A stretch of 62,914 bases of DNA, filler included, from Octopus bimaculoides (taxonomy: Eukaryota): the NCBI RefSeq assembly GCF_001194135.2. It is 7 parts of 6 records of this genome, joined end to end, with 100 filler letters (N's around TTAATTAATTAA, not from the genome) between each part and the next. Parts side by side here need not be neighbours in the genome. Positions count along the whole stretch, not along the records: positions 35,972 to 46,043 come from NC_069004.1; positions 46,144 to 52,563 come from NC_068986.1; 5 more parts are not named here. One strand, given 5' to 3'. Under the pieces are notes generated by a model. It saw only the letters and a program-made list of their open reading frames with translations, had not been told where the DNA came from and ran no database searches. Each line of letters begins with the position of its first letter. The stretch's first letter is position 1. Below, piece by piece: positions 36,095-48,251 of this stretch. The translations under genes and the position numbers were made by a program.

Positions 36095-38278
36095 AACGTA
36101 AGACATTCTGACCGATTATGAAAACAATACATCAAGACGTTGTCCATAGTCTGTCGTTGTGTTTTATGAATTGTCATAGCGAAGCATGATTGAACTGGGA
36201 ATTGGCTTCACTGCAAAGGGATTTCCTCACCTTCCGATAGATTAATTGTTATTCTTCATATCATGACGATTACATTTCTGAAAGCGACAATGTTGATTCT
36301 CGCTACTAGGAGATTGTCGTGCAGTTCTTCCACGATCATACGCGTCCCATTACAAAAGCCTTAGGGGATTCAAGTTTCTCATTAGAATTATGAGCGATCC
36401 TTTTTTCAATACCAGCTTATGTGGTGGCAGTCCTGATAGTTCAACCGAATCAAGGAATTCAGTCGGGAAATGAGTGGCATTGGTACCATCACTCACAGAA
36501 TTATAGGATCGGTACTCTTTTATGATTCCAAGGAAGCATCTGATACAGGTGGAATAGATGCTTCTCATCATTTGATTGAGAGGTACTAAGATGCAATTGT
36601 TCGCAAACACTTCACCTGGATTGTCAAATCAGGGGTAGATGAAGTCAGTGCATTCTTCCACAGTTATTGCTTGGAGAACCATTTCTTTTGGCAAAAATAA
36701 TTTCGTCATTTCATTTTTTTAGATCTTATCCTCTCCAATATCCAATAGGAACTGTGAGTAGTTCTCCGCTCCTTAACTCAATCACTTCTTTATCTTCAAC
36801 TGAAATTTTTCGAAGCTTAGCCATAAGTATGAGATTGGAATGAAGGCGTTTTCCACGTCCGCCGTCATTTCCCCTTTTTTACTACTGGTAGAAGCTGACG
36901 GAAATCAGCGAATTGTCAAAATCGCAACCGAATGGCTCATTGCTGTTGCGTAGGGTAAAGTCGAGCCCATAAAGCGCTGGAATTGTTATTTTCCGTATTT
37001 GTGAGGAACACAATGTATAGATAAGTTATGGCTTTGGAAAGCCGTGGTCGCTCAGCATCTTCCAAAGTCTGCTGCCAATGATCATCCAATTGAAACAAAC
37101 CTTTCTCTCTGCAGACATCTTTGAACAACGGCAATAGTTGTCCATATTTTCAAAGAGTTGAACGATACTGGCCTTTTGGCGTGATGCCAGAAGGAGTCTT
37201 AAGTAACACAGTTCACCACTTCATGAAGAAACAGTGTATACTCGTCCCAAAACGTTTGCCTCAAAAATCTCTGGATATTGGTCAACTCTTTCCCCCATCT
37301 TCTTCCTTTCCCATGTCTTGTTATTACAAGGGTAAAACCTTGGCACATCGGCATCATACAAAGTTTCTGCCAATGGATCGCGAGCACAGAGATCCATGAA
37401 CTCAGTGAGAGTTGTCCTACGCCTGTTATTGTTTACTGTAATAGCAGCGGTGTCCCGAAAGATTTGGTCTTCCTCAGGTAGATGAACTTGAAGGCGAACT
37501 ACAACTGGTTCCCTTTCATGTATTGGAAACCCGAGTACTAAGGCAACAGCTTCTGAAGGACCGATGTGTCTTTCCTGTTAAATACTGTATCATCACATCT
37601 TCCCTGTTCAGTCCAAACATAGTCTGATCACTGCCCTTCATGGTATATTTGATAACATATTTGATGGATTTGATGGAAAAGCATACCTCTACATTTAGGT
37701 GGCAGTTGAACAGTTTTAATAATATCATATTGTAGGGAACCACCCATTGTGACGCCATATTTCGGCTTTCCCTTCCTTCTTGGTGCCCTGCAAATCCTCC
37801 CATTCCTGGAGACCGTCTTCTGTACACTGGATAAGAGTCCGCTACACACAATGTATGTCTATTGAAAGGCGTAGGGTACCGCTTGCTGCATGTTCCATGT
37901 TTCCAACACGGCGAATTGTTAGAGCAATTGGGACCATAGATCGTGTGCTTCAATACCAATTGACGATGGATCTTTGGATATAGTATTTCGGCTTGAACGA
38001 ATTTATCGTATTCCTGCGGTCTGGGATTGGAGGCTTCATTGGGCCATAGCAAACAGTGTACATGGGGAAGACTTCGCTTTTGATATTCAACGGTGATCAC
38101 GTAAGCAATGCACTTGCCAAATAAGCCATCTACTCCAGTAAGATGCTTTATGGACAGTTTCCGCTTCAGGTCAAATACTTTGGCAATTAAATCTGGCCTG
38201 TCATGTGGTTTCTGATTCAGGAATAGGTTTTGCCGGATTTCAGGCCAGTTTGGACTGCATGCCATTGTGATAAAGAAC

Positions 38279-38328
<50 letters not shown>

Positions 38329-39041
38329 GACGGGGTTCTTTCAGTTTCTGTTTGCCAAATCCGCTCACAGGTTTGATCGGCCAGAGGATATTGTAGAAGA
38401 CAATTATCGAAGGTGCCACGAAGTCGGAATGAACCCAAAACCAAATATTTAGGAAGCAAGCTTCTCACTTACATGCCTACGCCTGCTCCGTACTTATCTA
38501 TCTATTTGGAGGCGATTTCACGCTCGTCGATCGCCTCCTCTTCACTGATGCGCGAAGCCTTGGCTTATAACATTTCCTGCCGTACACGGCACATTTGAAA
38601 ATGAAATACCAATCTTTTGTCCATGTGGAATCGAATTTCAGGTGTGGTTTGCTTGATGCAGACTTTATGGAAGCTAATCTGCATATCTTTCATCTCCAGA
38701 GCTCGTTCATTGTTCTGTGTTGTGTATCACGTGTCTAGAAATGCCATGACTTCGGCTGAACGCTCGATATGATTGGTTGTATATTAAAAAGTGGGCGTTG
38801 TTTTAAGCCAATGGCTGAAAACTATTTAACATACAACGGAGTGAAGCGAAAGAGAATCCGACACAAACGTTGCGGAATGGGGTTACCGGAACCGACAAAG
38901 GGGACGGTGGCAATGTAATGGGGTAAATGTTGGGGTATTTATAAAATGTGAAAGTATATTTGAAAATAAGGTGAATGCGTGACGAAAGAGAGAGAAAGAG
39001 AAAGAGAGAGAGGCAGAGACAGAGACGGAGAGAGAGAAGGG

Positions 39042-39077
<36 letters not shown>

Positions 39078-39096
39078 TTTTAATTTAAAATATTGA
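36095..39096 (-). mobile_element. Helitron (RepHel) relic, internally deleted
   Basis: 5' end A|TCAATATTTTAAATTAAAATGTCTGTCTG at 39096. Rep: ACSPNWPEI, RPDLIAKVF, VEYQKRSLPHVHCLLW (HUH), YVIKYTMKG. PIF1-like helicase: DFRQLLPVV, FPTEFLDSVELSGLPPHKLVLKKG.LIILMRNLNP, GFCNGTRMIV, QFPVQSCFAMTIHKTQ.QT. The 3' end is not seen. Confidence 0.9.
38279..38490 (-). mobile_element. SINE family A 5' part plus (TA)n inserted into the Helitron
   Basis: Reverse complement of ggagcaggcgtaggc...gaaactgaaagaaccccgtcg; interrupts the Helitron upstream of the Rep motifs. Confidence 0.7.
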
Positions 39097-39104
39097 TTTC
39101 GTGT

Positions 39105-39420
39105 TTAGCACAAGGCCAGCAATCCCGAGAGAAGAGGAAGTCGAACCTAAGCGTTTTGCCCGGCGTACTAACGATTCTGACAGCTCACCGCCATATTTTT
39201 AAATAGAATATGAACTTCAAATTTTTGGCTTAAGATCAGAAATTCCGGGAGAGGGAAAAGTCGATTACGTCGACCCGAGTATTCAACTGGTATTTATTTT
39301 ATCGACGCTGAAAAGGTGGAATGCAAAGTCGACCTCAACGGAATTAGAACTGACAACGCAAAAACCGGACGAAATGCCGCAAGGCATTTTGTCCGACGCG
39401 CCAACGATACTGCCAGCTTT
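39105..39420 (-). mobile_element. SINE family B, diverged
   Basis: gtcgattacgtcgacccgagtattcaactggt..., gcaaagtcgacctc..., cgccaacgatactgcca. Confidence 0.6.
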
Positions 39421-39424
39421 TTTT

Positions 39425-39636
39425 TCTATTTTCATGTTTGGTACTTATTTTATCAGTCTCGTTTGTCGAACCGCTACGTAGACAGTCAGACCCCTTATGC
39501 CGAACAGGGGAAGTGACGAGGGACGTAAACAAACCAACACCGGTTGTCAAGTCGTAGTATGTGGGGGAACAACCACAGACGTAAAGCCACACATACACAA
39601 ACACACACACACACGTATATGCATAAGTATAAATAA

Positions 39637-39671
<35 letters not shown>

Positions 39672-39790
39672 NNNNNNNNNNNNNNNNNNNNNNNCGATTA
39701 CCAAATCCACTCACAAGGCTTTGATCAGCCCGAGACCATAGTAAAAGACACTTGCCCATGTGGTTACGAAATAAACTCCTTACCACACAG
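39425..39790 (-). mobile_element. SINE family A, diverged, split by (TA)n and a gap
   Basis: tttggtacttattttatcagtctc..., gggacgtaaacaaaccaacaccggttgtcaag, ccaaatccactcacaaggctttg. Confidence 0.7.
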
Positions 39791-39819
39791 TCAAGCCTGC
39801 ATCTCTCTATATATACTAA

Positions 39820-39854
<35 letters not shown>

Positions 39855-39856
<2 letters not shown>

Positions 39857-40150
39857 TATTGTTGTATTTCGGAATGGTCGTTCCTTTTTTTTTTTTTTGA
39901 CAAATAAACACACGCACCGTATATTTGTTCTTCACTCGTTTATTACTGTTCTTATCCTAACTCATGTGCATTGTCCGGAAATCTTTCGTCACGCATCTGT
40001 GACCTCTTTAGCTACACTATCCGTCTTCGCGTGTACTCTTGCTCGAAGATGGATAGTGTCGCTGAGAAGTAATAAACGAGTGAAGAACGAATATACAGTG
40101 CGTGTGTTTATTTCACAAAAAAATTACCATTCCGAAATACAACAATATCT
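39855..40150. mobile_element. MITE-like element with about 90-bp TIRs and an internal hairpin
   Basis: atattgttgtatttcggaatggt...aaataaacacacgcac.gtatatt.gttcttcactcgtttattact versus its reverse complement at about 40066-40148. Internal palindrome ctacactatccgtcttcg / cgaagatggatagtgtcg. Confidence 0.85.
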
Positions 40151-40206
40151 GTTTCAGCACACAATTTCACATGAGGAAGCTTGCAACACAAATTCATAAG
40201 TGCATA

Positions 40207-41118
40207 TCTACTACATATGTGGAAAAGTCTGTTTATGGAATTGTTATCTAACTCCTCCTACAACGTTTTATCGATTTTGATTAAACTTGACACGTGAGTT
40301 GAACTCATGTCTGGAAAACTAGTGACATACTCAGATTGTTGAAAAAGTCAATAATAGGGCCCCTGGAAGGGATCCTTATATCTACTACATATAACTAATA
40401 CATTTCATTTAAACATCCAAGGGAAATAACCCATTCGCTCCTTGAAGGGATCCTTAATATAGCCAAGGGAAATAACCCATTCATCTTCGTAAATTATTTG
40501 GTATAAATCAAATTGAGTATGCTTATTTCTTAGTATTTGAACTATTTCAGTTATTTTCGCAATTTATCCAGTACAACGCTTAAACAAGTAAATAGTATTT
40601 TCCTAAACAATAGATCCACTTATTTCGGTTAGTGGCTTATTCACGAATATACCAACACTAGCGCCGCTGAGTGTAATATTTACTGCGGACGCACAAAAGC
40701 TTTTTGCAGAGTTATTTACTTTGAATTGGTATTATCTCATATCTGATTAGCCTGTTATTACGTAACATGCTTCACGATTTTAGTATACATACCGTATTAG
40801 TATTTCCTCCTAAGTTCTATATACTTTGGGAACGTATTAAAGCCCTTTTCGGGGCTACTTTATTTGAATTCTTACTATTGGGTAATTAATTTCATGTTAT
40901 TACATAATTAACTTCACAATTTGCGTATTCACGACTTATTGGGAATTCCTGAAAACAAGATCCTGTGTAAGACAGTTCGGTATCCTCAATAAATGCACAA
41001 AAACTCTTTTAAGGGCTACATACTTTGTATTGTTGTTATTGGATTGGCGAAACAATTACGAGAACGGAACCAAGGCATAAGCCCCGCTTCCCCGGGAATT
41101 ACCGGGTACGTCAGCTAT
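40207..41118 (+). mobile_element. Probable non-autonomous Helitron-like element
   Basis: Starts A|TCTACTACATAT and carries an aactcctcctac..ttatcgattttgattaaacttg block. Candidate 3' hairpins agcccttttcggggct (40841-40856) and cccgggaattaccggg-tacgtcag-CTAT|T (41091-41118). Confidence 0.5.
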
Positions 41119-41199
41119 TATATACATATATGTACAAGTTCATACGTATTTATCCTAGCTTGTGTACTTTTAGGTGTGTGTGTGTGTTGGGGGTGGGGG

Positions 41200-41223
41200 T
41201 TAGGGTTAGGGTTAGGGTTAGGG
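41200..41223 (+). repeat. Interstitial (TTAGGG)4
   Basis: Four perfect TTAGGG units preceded by gggggtggggg. Confidence 0.9.
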
Positions 41224-41783
41224 TTGGATAGTGAATAGCGTATTTTATTAATTGAACTAAGTCTNNNNNNNNNNNNNNNNNNNNNNNNNNNNNNNNNNNN
41301 NNNNNNNNNNNNNNNNNNNNNNNNNNNNNNNNNNNNNNNNNNNNNNNNNNNNNNNNNNNNNNNNNNNNNNNNNNNNNNNNNNNNNNNNNNNNNNNNNNNN
41401 NNNNNNNNNNNNNNNNNNNNNNNNNNNNNNNNNNNNNNNNNNNNNNNNNNNNNNNNNNNNNNNNNNNNNNNNNNNNNNNNNNNNNNNNNNNNNNNNNNNN
41501 NNNNNNNNNNNNNNNNNNNNNNNNNNNNNNNNNNNNNNNNNNNNNNNNNNNNNNNNNNNNNNNNNNNNNNNNNNNNNNNNNNTTGATGCATGCGCATAAC
41601 TGCAATTCCGTGAAATATTCACGCTTATTTACGTAGCAGATATATGGAATTTAACTAAAGGTTGTATCACATGTACGGGATATTTTTGTTTTTGTTTATG
41701 GTAAAAATGGAAAAATAAGTGTGAATATTTATTTTATGAATGCTGCGTATAAAGTCTATAAAATTGTGCATAAAGAATACAAA

Positions 41784-41821
<38 letters not shown>

Positions 41822-42030
41822 CATTAAGTAATCATCGTATTCCAATTTCTTTCACTTTTCAATGATTAGCAGATGAGCAACTATCTTTCCATACAGACAC
41901 AACACAAGCTATGCTTTCAGGTTTTTTTTTTTTTTTTTGGACAAAGGTTTTAGAAATAACCCAATAGGTTTACCAGTACATTCACGGGTCTCACTAGTAT
42001 TTAATTATTCTTCTAAAGTTTATCAACATA

Positions 42031-42287
42031 GTTGCAGGTTTGGCTGTGTGGTAAGCAGCTTGCTTCACAACCACTTGGTTCTGGGTTCAGTCCCACGGTG
42101 TGGCACTGTAAGCAAGTGCGTTTATTTCTTTTTTTTACTATAGCCTTGGGTCGATCAAGGCCTTGTGAGGGGATTTAGTGGACGGAAACTGAAAGGATCC
42201 CATCGTATATATAAGTTTATACGTGAGTATGTGAGAATGTATTATTTTGTCCATGTGTTCCCCACTCCCAACATCGCTTGACAACCG
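42031..42287 (+). mobile_element. SINE family A (runs into a gap)
   Basis: tggctgtgtggtaagcagcttgc..., gggttcagtccca, cggaaactgaaag, ccaacatcgcttgacaaccg. Confidence 0.85.
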
Positions 42288-43135
42288 NNNNNNNNNNNNN
42301 NNNNNNNNNNNNNNNNNNNNNNNNNNNNNNNNNNNNNNNNNNNNNNNNNNNNNNNNNNNNNNNNNNNNNNNNNNNNNNNNNNNNNNNNNNNNNNNNNNNN
42401 NNNNNNNNNNNNNNNNNNNNNNNNNNNNNNNNNNNNNNNNNNNNNNNNNNNNNNNNNNNNNNNNNNNNNNNNNNNNNNNNNNNNNNNNNNNNNNNNNNNN
42501 NNNNNNNNNNNNNNNNNNNNNNNNNNNNNNNNNNNNNNNNNNNNNNNNNNNNNNNNNNNNNNNNNNNNNNNNNNNNNNNNNNNNNNNNNNNNNNNNNNNN
42601 NNNNNNNNNNNNNNNNNNNNNNNNNNNNNNNNNNNNNNNNNNNNNNNNNNNNNNNNNNNNNNNNNNNNNNNNNNNNNNNNNNNNNNNNNNNNNNNNNNNN
42701 NNNNNNNNNNNNNNNNNNNNNNNNNNNNNNNNNNNNNNNNNNNNNNNNNNNNNNNNNNNNNNNNNNNNNNNNNNNNNNNNNNNNNNNNNNNNNNNNNNNN
42801 NNNNNNNNNNNNNNNNNNNNNNNNNNNNNNNNNNNNNNNNNNNNNNNNNNNNNNNNNNNNNNNNNNNNNNNNNNNNNNNNNNNNNNNNNNNNNNNNNNNN
42901 NNNNNNNNNNNNNNNNNNNNNNNNNNNNNNNNNNNNNNNNNNNNNNNNNNNNNNNNNNNNNNNNNNNNNNNNNNNNNNNNNNNNNNNNNNNNNNNNNNNN
43001 NNNNNNNNNNNNNNNNNNNNNNNNNNNNNNNNNNNNNNNNNNNNNNNNNNNNNNNNNNNNNNNNNNNNNNNNNNNNNNNNNNNNNNNNNAGAGAGAGAGA
43101 GAGAGAGAGATACTATGAATATATATTTGTGCATG

Positions 43136-43171
<36 letters not shown>

Positions 43172-43461
43172 TGTATGTATGTATGTATGTATGCATGCAT
43201 GTATGTATGTATATGAATATTGTAAACAAATTCACGTTGTGTTCTATTTCTGAAACGAAAACAGAGATGTCACGTCAGGCTGAAAACGTGTCCGTATCAT
43301 TTTCACAGAGAACCACCAACGCCTTTTATTGTTGCTGTTGTTCTTGTAAACTATCTCATTGGGAAACTATCACGTCCAGGTCACTGTCTTGACTGGTTAT
43401 TCGTTCTCCTTCCGTCCATCTTTCCTCCTCGCTCTCTCTTTCTCCCTTCTCTCTCTCTTTC

Positions 43462-43496
<35 letters not shown>

Positions 43497-43783
43497 GTTC
43501 TCTGCATGTGACGTCATCAATAATTCACCCAATCAAGATTCTTCTTTCACGCACACACATGGACGCGCGCACGGACTCGCACACATTACAATATATAATG
43601 TATATAATATACATATATATAAATAGACACACACACACACACACGCACACAAGATAGTGTATTTGTGGTTATAGGGTCGTTTTGGCTCTTATTTCTAGCA
43701 ATACCAGTAGCACTTAGTACCTCTGTCACTTTAGTAACGTCTATAAATTAGCCTTTAAATTGTTAAATTGCTAATAAGCCACA

Positions 43784-43821
<38 letters not shown>

Positions 43822-44653
43822 ACAGGAAGGACAACAAAAGAAAGAAAGAGACCTCGATATTATGCAAATAGAAGAATTTATCTGTAACAATATGTGACAC
43901 TTATTCGGTAGCCATGATAAAACTCCGAGTTTCGGATGCCGGGGTGGGAGCCCACGCCAACATCTCTTCAGTTATCCGGCCATTGAAAATTCTTATATAT
44001 ATATGTATGTATGTATGTATGTATGCATGTATGTATGTATGTATGTATGTATGTATGTATGTATGTCGTCACAAGTGGTTTGTCAATATATATGTATACA
44101 TGTCCGTAAAAAAAAGTCCGTTTTTTGTGCTTTGTATATGTTCCCGTTCCTTTTTTGTCCACGTTTTTTTTTTTGACGTCCTGTACCCGGATATGCATTT
44201 ATATAGACATGTAGATGTAGGTATGTACATATATGTATGTATATATGCATATGCTCACATATCATTTGTATTATTATGTATATATACATACCTACATATG
44301 TACATACATACATACACAATACATATATGCATGCATATATACATACGTAACATAAATGAATACACACACACACACACACACACTCAGACACAAACACACA
44401 GAGGTATGTATGTGCGTACATAAAGCTCGACGCTCAGACAGGGTAACTTCTCGATTATTTCACCCGTGAACAACACCTTTGATGGAAGACATTCCTAACC
44501 GTACCCGTTCTTCCTGATTAATCCAGGTCTATATTATCCCCCACGTAACCGACAATACGATGACTCTCAAAATCCTGGGGCCTGGTGACTATTCTAGAAA
44601 TATCCTTATTGATGTAATTGTAGCCGTTGTTGTTTCGCCCTAGTTTCGCCCTG

Positions 44654-45538
44654 CCGGACTGGCTTGTGACACAAAAGAAAACCGGACTGGCTTGTGACAC
44701 AAAAGAAAGCCGGACTGGCTTGTGACACAAAAGAAAGCCGGGCTGGCTTGTGACACAAAAGAAAGCCAGACTGGCTTGTGACACAAAAGAAAACCGGATN
44801 NNNNNNNNNNNNNNNNNNNNNNNNNNNNNNNNNNNNNNNNNNNNNNNNNNNNNNNNNNNNNNNNNNNNNNNNNNNNNNNNNNNNNNNNNNNNNNNNNNNN
44901 NNNNNNNNNNNNNNNNNNNNNNNNNNNNNNNNNNNNNNNNNNNNNNNNNNNNNNNNNNNNNNNNNNNNNNNNNNNNNNNNNNNNNNNNNNNNNNNNNNNN
45001 NNNNNNNNNNNNNNNNNNNNNNNNNNNNNNNNNNNNNNNNNNNNNNNNNNNNNNNNNNNNNNNNNNNNNNNNNNNNNNNNNNNNNNNNNNNNNNNNNNNN
45101 NNNNNNNNNNNNNNNNNNNNNNNNNNNNNNNNNNNNNNNNNNNNNNNNNNNNNNNNNNNNNNNNNNNNNNNNNNNNNNNNNNNNNNNNNNNNNNNNNNNN
45201 NNNNNNNNNNNNNNNNNNNNNNNNNNNNNNNNNNNNNNNNNNNNNNNNNNNNNNNNNNNNNNNNNNNNNNNNNNNNNNNNNNNNNNNNNNNNNNNNNNNN
45301 NNNNNNNNNNNNNNNNNNNNNNNNNNNNNNNNNNNNNNNNNNNNNNNNNNNNNNNNNNNNNNNNNNNNNNNNNNNNNNNNNNNNNNNNNNNNNNNNNNNN
45401 NNNNNNNNNNNNNNNNNNNNNNNNNNNNNNGTGACACAAAAGAAAGCCGGACTGGCTTGTGACACAAAAGAAAGCCGGACTGGCTTGTGACACAAAAGAA
45501 AGCCGGACTGGCTTGTGACACAAAAGAAAGCCGGACTG
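44654..45538. repeat. 28-bp minisatellite array (centre in a gap)
   Basis: Unit ccggactggcttgtgacacaaaagaaag: about 5 units before and 4 after a 631-N gap, with only single-base variants and no spacers. Confidence 0.95.
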
Positions 45539-45833
45539 TGTCTTAAAGAACACTTTGCAATGGCCACAAGCGTACTTAAGAAGATCGGTTGTTACATCCG
45601 TGATCCGAGTTCCAGTCATTGCATACTACCTCGAACGATCGACTTCTCGCCAGAAACTGGTAAACGGGATGTGTTCTGAAATATGTACGAATGAAGAAGC
45701 CTCACTGATAGTCCAAAGCAAACTTTTTCGGTTCGATACCTGTTCCGATTTTACTTGACAACTATTACAAAAGTCAACCATAACTTCTTTTTTTTTAATT
45801 ATTTTTTAGTAATTAAAAATTATTATTATCATA

Positions 45834-45991
45834 GGCGCAGGAGTGGCGGTAAGTAGCTTGCTTACCAACCACATGGTTCCGGGTTCAGTCCCACTGCGTG
45901 GCACCTTGGGCAAGTGTCTTCTACTATAGCCTCGTGCCGACCACAACCTTGTGAGTGGATTTGGTAGATGGAAATTGAAAGAAGTCCGTCG
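45834..45991 (+). mobile_element. SINE family A 5' half
   Basis: ggcgcaggagtggcggtaagtagcttgcttaccaaccacatggttccgggttcagtcccactgcgtggcaccttgggcaagtgtc. Confidence 0.9.
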
Positions 45992-45999
45992 TTTCTATA

Positions 46000-46035
<36 letters not shown>

Positions 46036-46143
46036 TGTATATGNNNNNNNNNNNNNNNNNNNNNNNNNNNNNNNNNNNNNNNNNNNNTTAATTAATTAAN
46101 NNNNNNNNNNNNNNNNNNNNNNNNNNNNNNNNNNNNNNNNNNN

Positions 46144-46175
<32 letters not shown>

Positions 46176-46250
46176 TACATTGAACAAAATAACATAGATA
46201 TATATCCATACATACATGCATACATACATACAGACAGATAATAGACAGAC

Positions 46251-46282
<32 letters not shown>

Positions 46283-47084
46283 CCTTGCAAGTATCGCGAC
46301 GAAGTTACTAGCCAAGGTACTAATTAAAAAAGATATTTATAATTGCTTTACCAGGCATGCTTATGTTTTCTCTGAGGTCGAGGTGTGCCAATAAATGTAC
46401 ATTAATTTCACTTTTAATTCAAGAGTATATAAATGGTTGTCTAAATGTCAAGTTATAAGGCCATAGTTGGTGAAAGACACCAGACTATATCCCCTGATGG
46501 AAATATGCTATAATATTTAATAATTTTGTCCCACTCTGTGTATATCGCTTCATAAATTCATCCTGTGGTTGTGGAACTGTTTCCAGTGGGAAATGCAATC
46601 TTTCAAGATGTTTAACTTATTTTGCTGAAAGTTTTAGAAATTAGTAAAACAATATAAACTACAGAGCTGGCAACTGCAAAGTATTTATTTCAACCGATCT
46701 GCTTTGTACTTTACCTTAATTTTCTGATTCAACTCCTGCACTTCACATTCTCTCTTAATGTTACTGTCTTCTAGATGGATATTTTAGAAATTAAAACGTG
46801 GTTGAGATGAAAGTCAAATTTGACGTCAGATGTTAGGTGGATATATTTAGTCGGCAATAGAGATGGATAACTTTGATCAGCAATATAGATGGATAACTTT
46901 GATCGATGATATTTCATGTAGTTCATATCAATATTTTAGAGTTGTACAATAATTCTTAGCTAACTTTATAACTTATCATTCATATAATATGATACAAAAC
47001 ATAACAATGCCCCAATAGTCGATATATATTGAAGGAAAATATTAACACTTTCTAATTGCTTGTATGATATCTTTGGTTGTATGG

Positions 47085-47320
47085 TAACTTTGGCAGAAAC
47101 GTTAGCACGTCGGGCGAAATGCTTAGCGGTATTTCATCTGCTGTTACGTTCTGAGTTCAAATTCCGCCGAGGTCAACTTTGCCTTTCATCCTTTCGGGGT
47201 CGATAAATTAAGTACCAGTTACGCACTGGGGTCGATATAATCGACTTAATCCGTTTGTCTGTCCTTGTTTGTCCCCTCTGTGTGTGGCTCCTTGTGGGCA
47301 GTAAAGAAATAGAAATAGGT
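47085..47320 (+). mobile_element. SINE family B monomer
   Basis: tggcagaaacgttagcacgtcgggcgaaatgc...gagttcaaattccgccgaggtc...gtgggcagtaaagaaata. Confidence 0.9.
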
Positions 47321-47940
47321 AACTTTGGCTTCTTAAACATCGCAAAGGTTGATATCATCACAACATTTAGCTACATTTTCCATAGATTTTGTGGTTACGA
47401 GTATGTAACATTATTGCCAATATTTGAATTTTTCCGGTTCAAATGCAAAATTTAATGTCTGAGATTTCTTGCAACGATAGTGATTTATTGGCTGCTAATT
47501 TGTGGTCACCTACGACATAAAACAACCGGGACTTGGTCAAACTCAAAGTTCGTGCGTAAAGATATGTATCTGGAAATGTTAATGCGTATAAATCGAGTGT
47601 ATACTGTCTGCGTCAACTGCATATCTGATATTCATGATAAGCAGGTTAAGATGTAAACAAGATTTATTGAATGTGAGAAAGTACTCTGAGAGCAAAATAT
47701 ATCAGAATTTCCGGATAATATCAATAGCCATAGCATATAGCAACTATTTAGTACTTTTGGCTAATTGAAATTTTATATGAAATAGGTAATCGAAAAGATA
47801 TAAGGTGAGGAAATATACAAGAGATAAAATTTGTAAACGTTGCGACTGAAGAAAGTAATAAACCATAGATAGTGAAGTACAATGGGGCAAAGAAAAAGAA
47901 ATTAATTAAGTACAAGAGTAAAATATAGAAGATAAGCAGT

Positions 47941-48245
47941 GGTGACACATGGCTTAATGGTTGGAGCCGCAGACTCGCGATCGGGGCATCGTGCGTTCGA
48001 ATCTCAGATAGGGCGATGTATGTATTTATGAACAAAACACCTATGTTCCACACGGCTCCGGTAGAAGGTTATGGCAAACTTTTGCTGACTCTTTCGACAC
48101 AACTTTTGCTCTCGCTTCTTCCTTCAGCATCTAACAGCTTACCTGTGACAGCTTACTGTGACGGACGGGCGTCTCGTCTCGGTGGGGAACCTAAATACCG
48201 TCCAATATGAACCAGGCATGGCTCGAGAAGGAACAAACAACAACA
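47941..48245 (+). mobile_element. tRNA-derived SINE, family D
   Basis: A-box tggcttaatgg (47950-47960) and B-box gttcgaatc (47995-48003), followed by a 240-bp body and an aacaaacaacaac tail. No acceptor stem. Confidence 0.7.
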
Positions 48246-48251
48246 GAAGTA

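Noticed and set aside
41200-41223. Chromosome end or telomere fusion
   Set aside because: Only four units on one strand, with ordinary sequence on both sides.
44654-45538. CRISPR array
   Set aside because: The units are directly adjacent with no unique spacers, there are no cas genes, and the context is eukaryotic.
44518-45619. C2H2 zinc-finger array (28-aa period, preceded by YACGHCKVFF)
   Set aside because: The period comes from 3 x 28 bp. The repeated peptide lacks the C-x2-C...H-x3-H pattern and the TGEKP linker.
47941-48015. Functional tRNA gene
   Set aside because: A and B boxes are present, but no acceptor stem forms and the sequence continues into a SINE body and tail.
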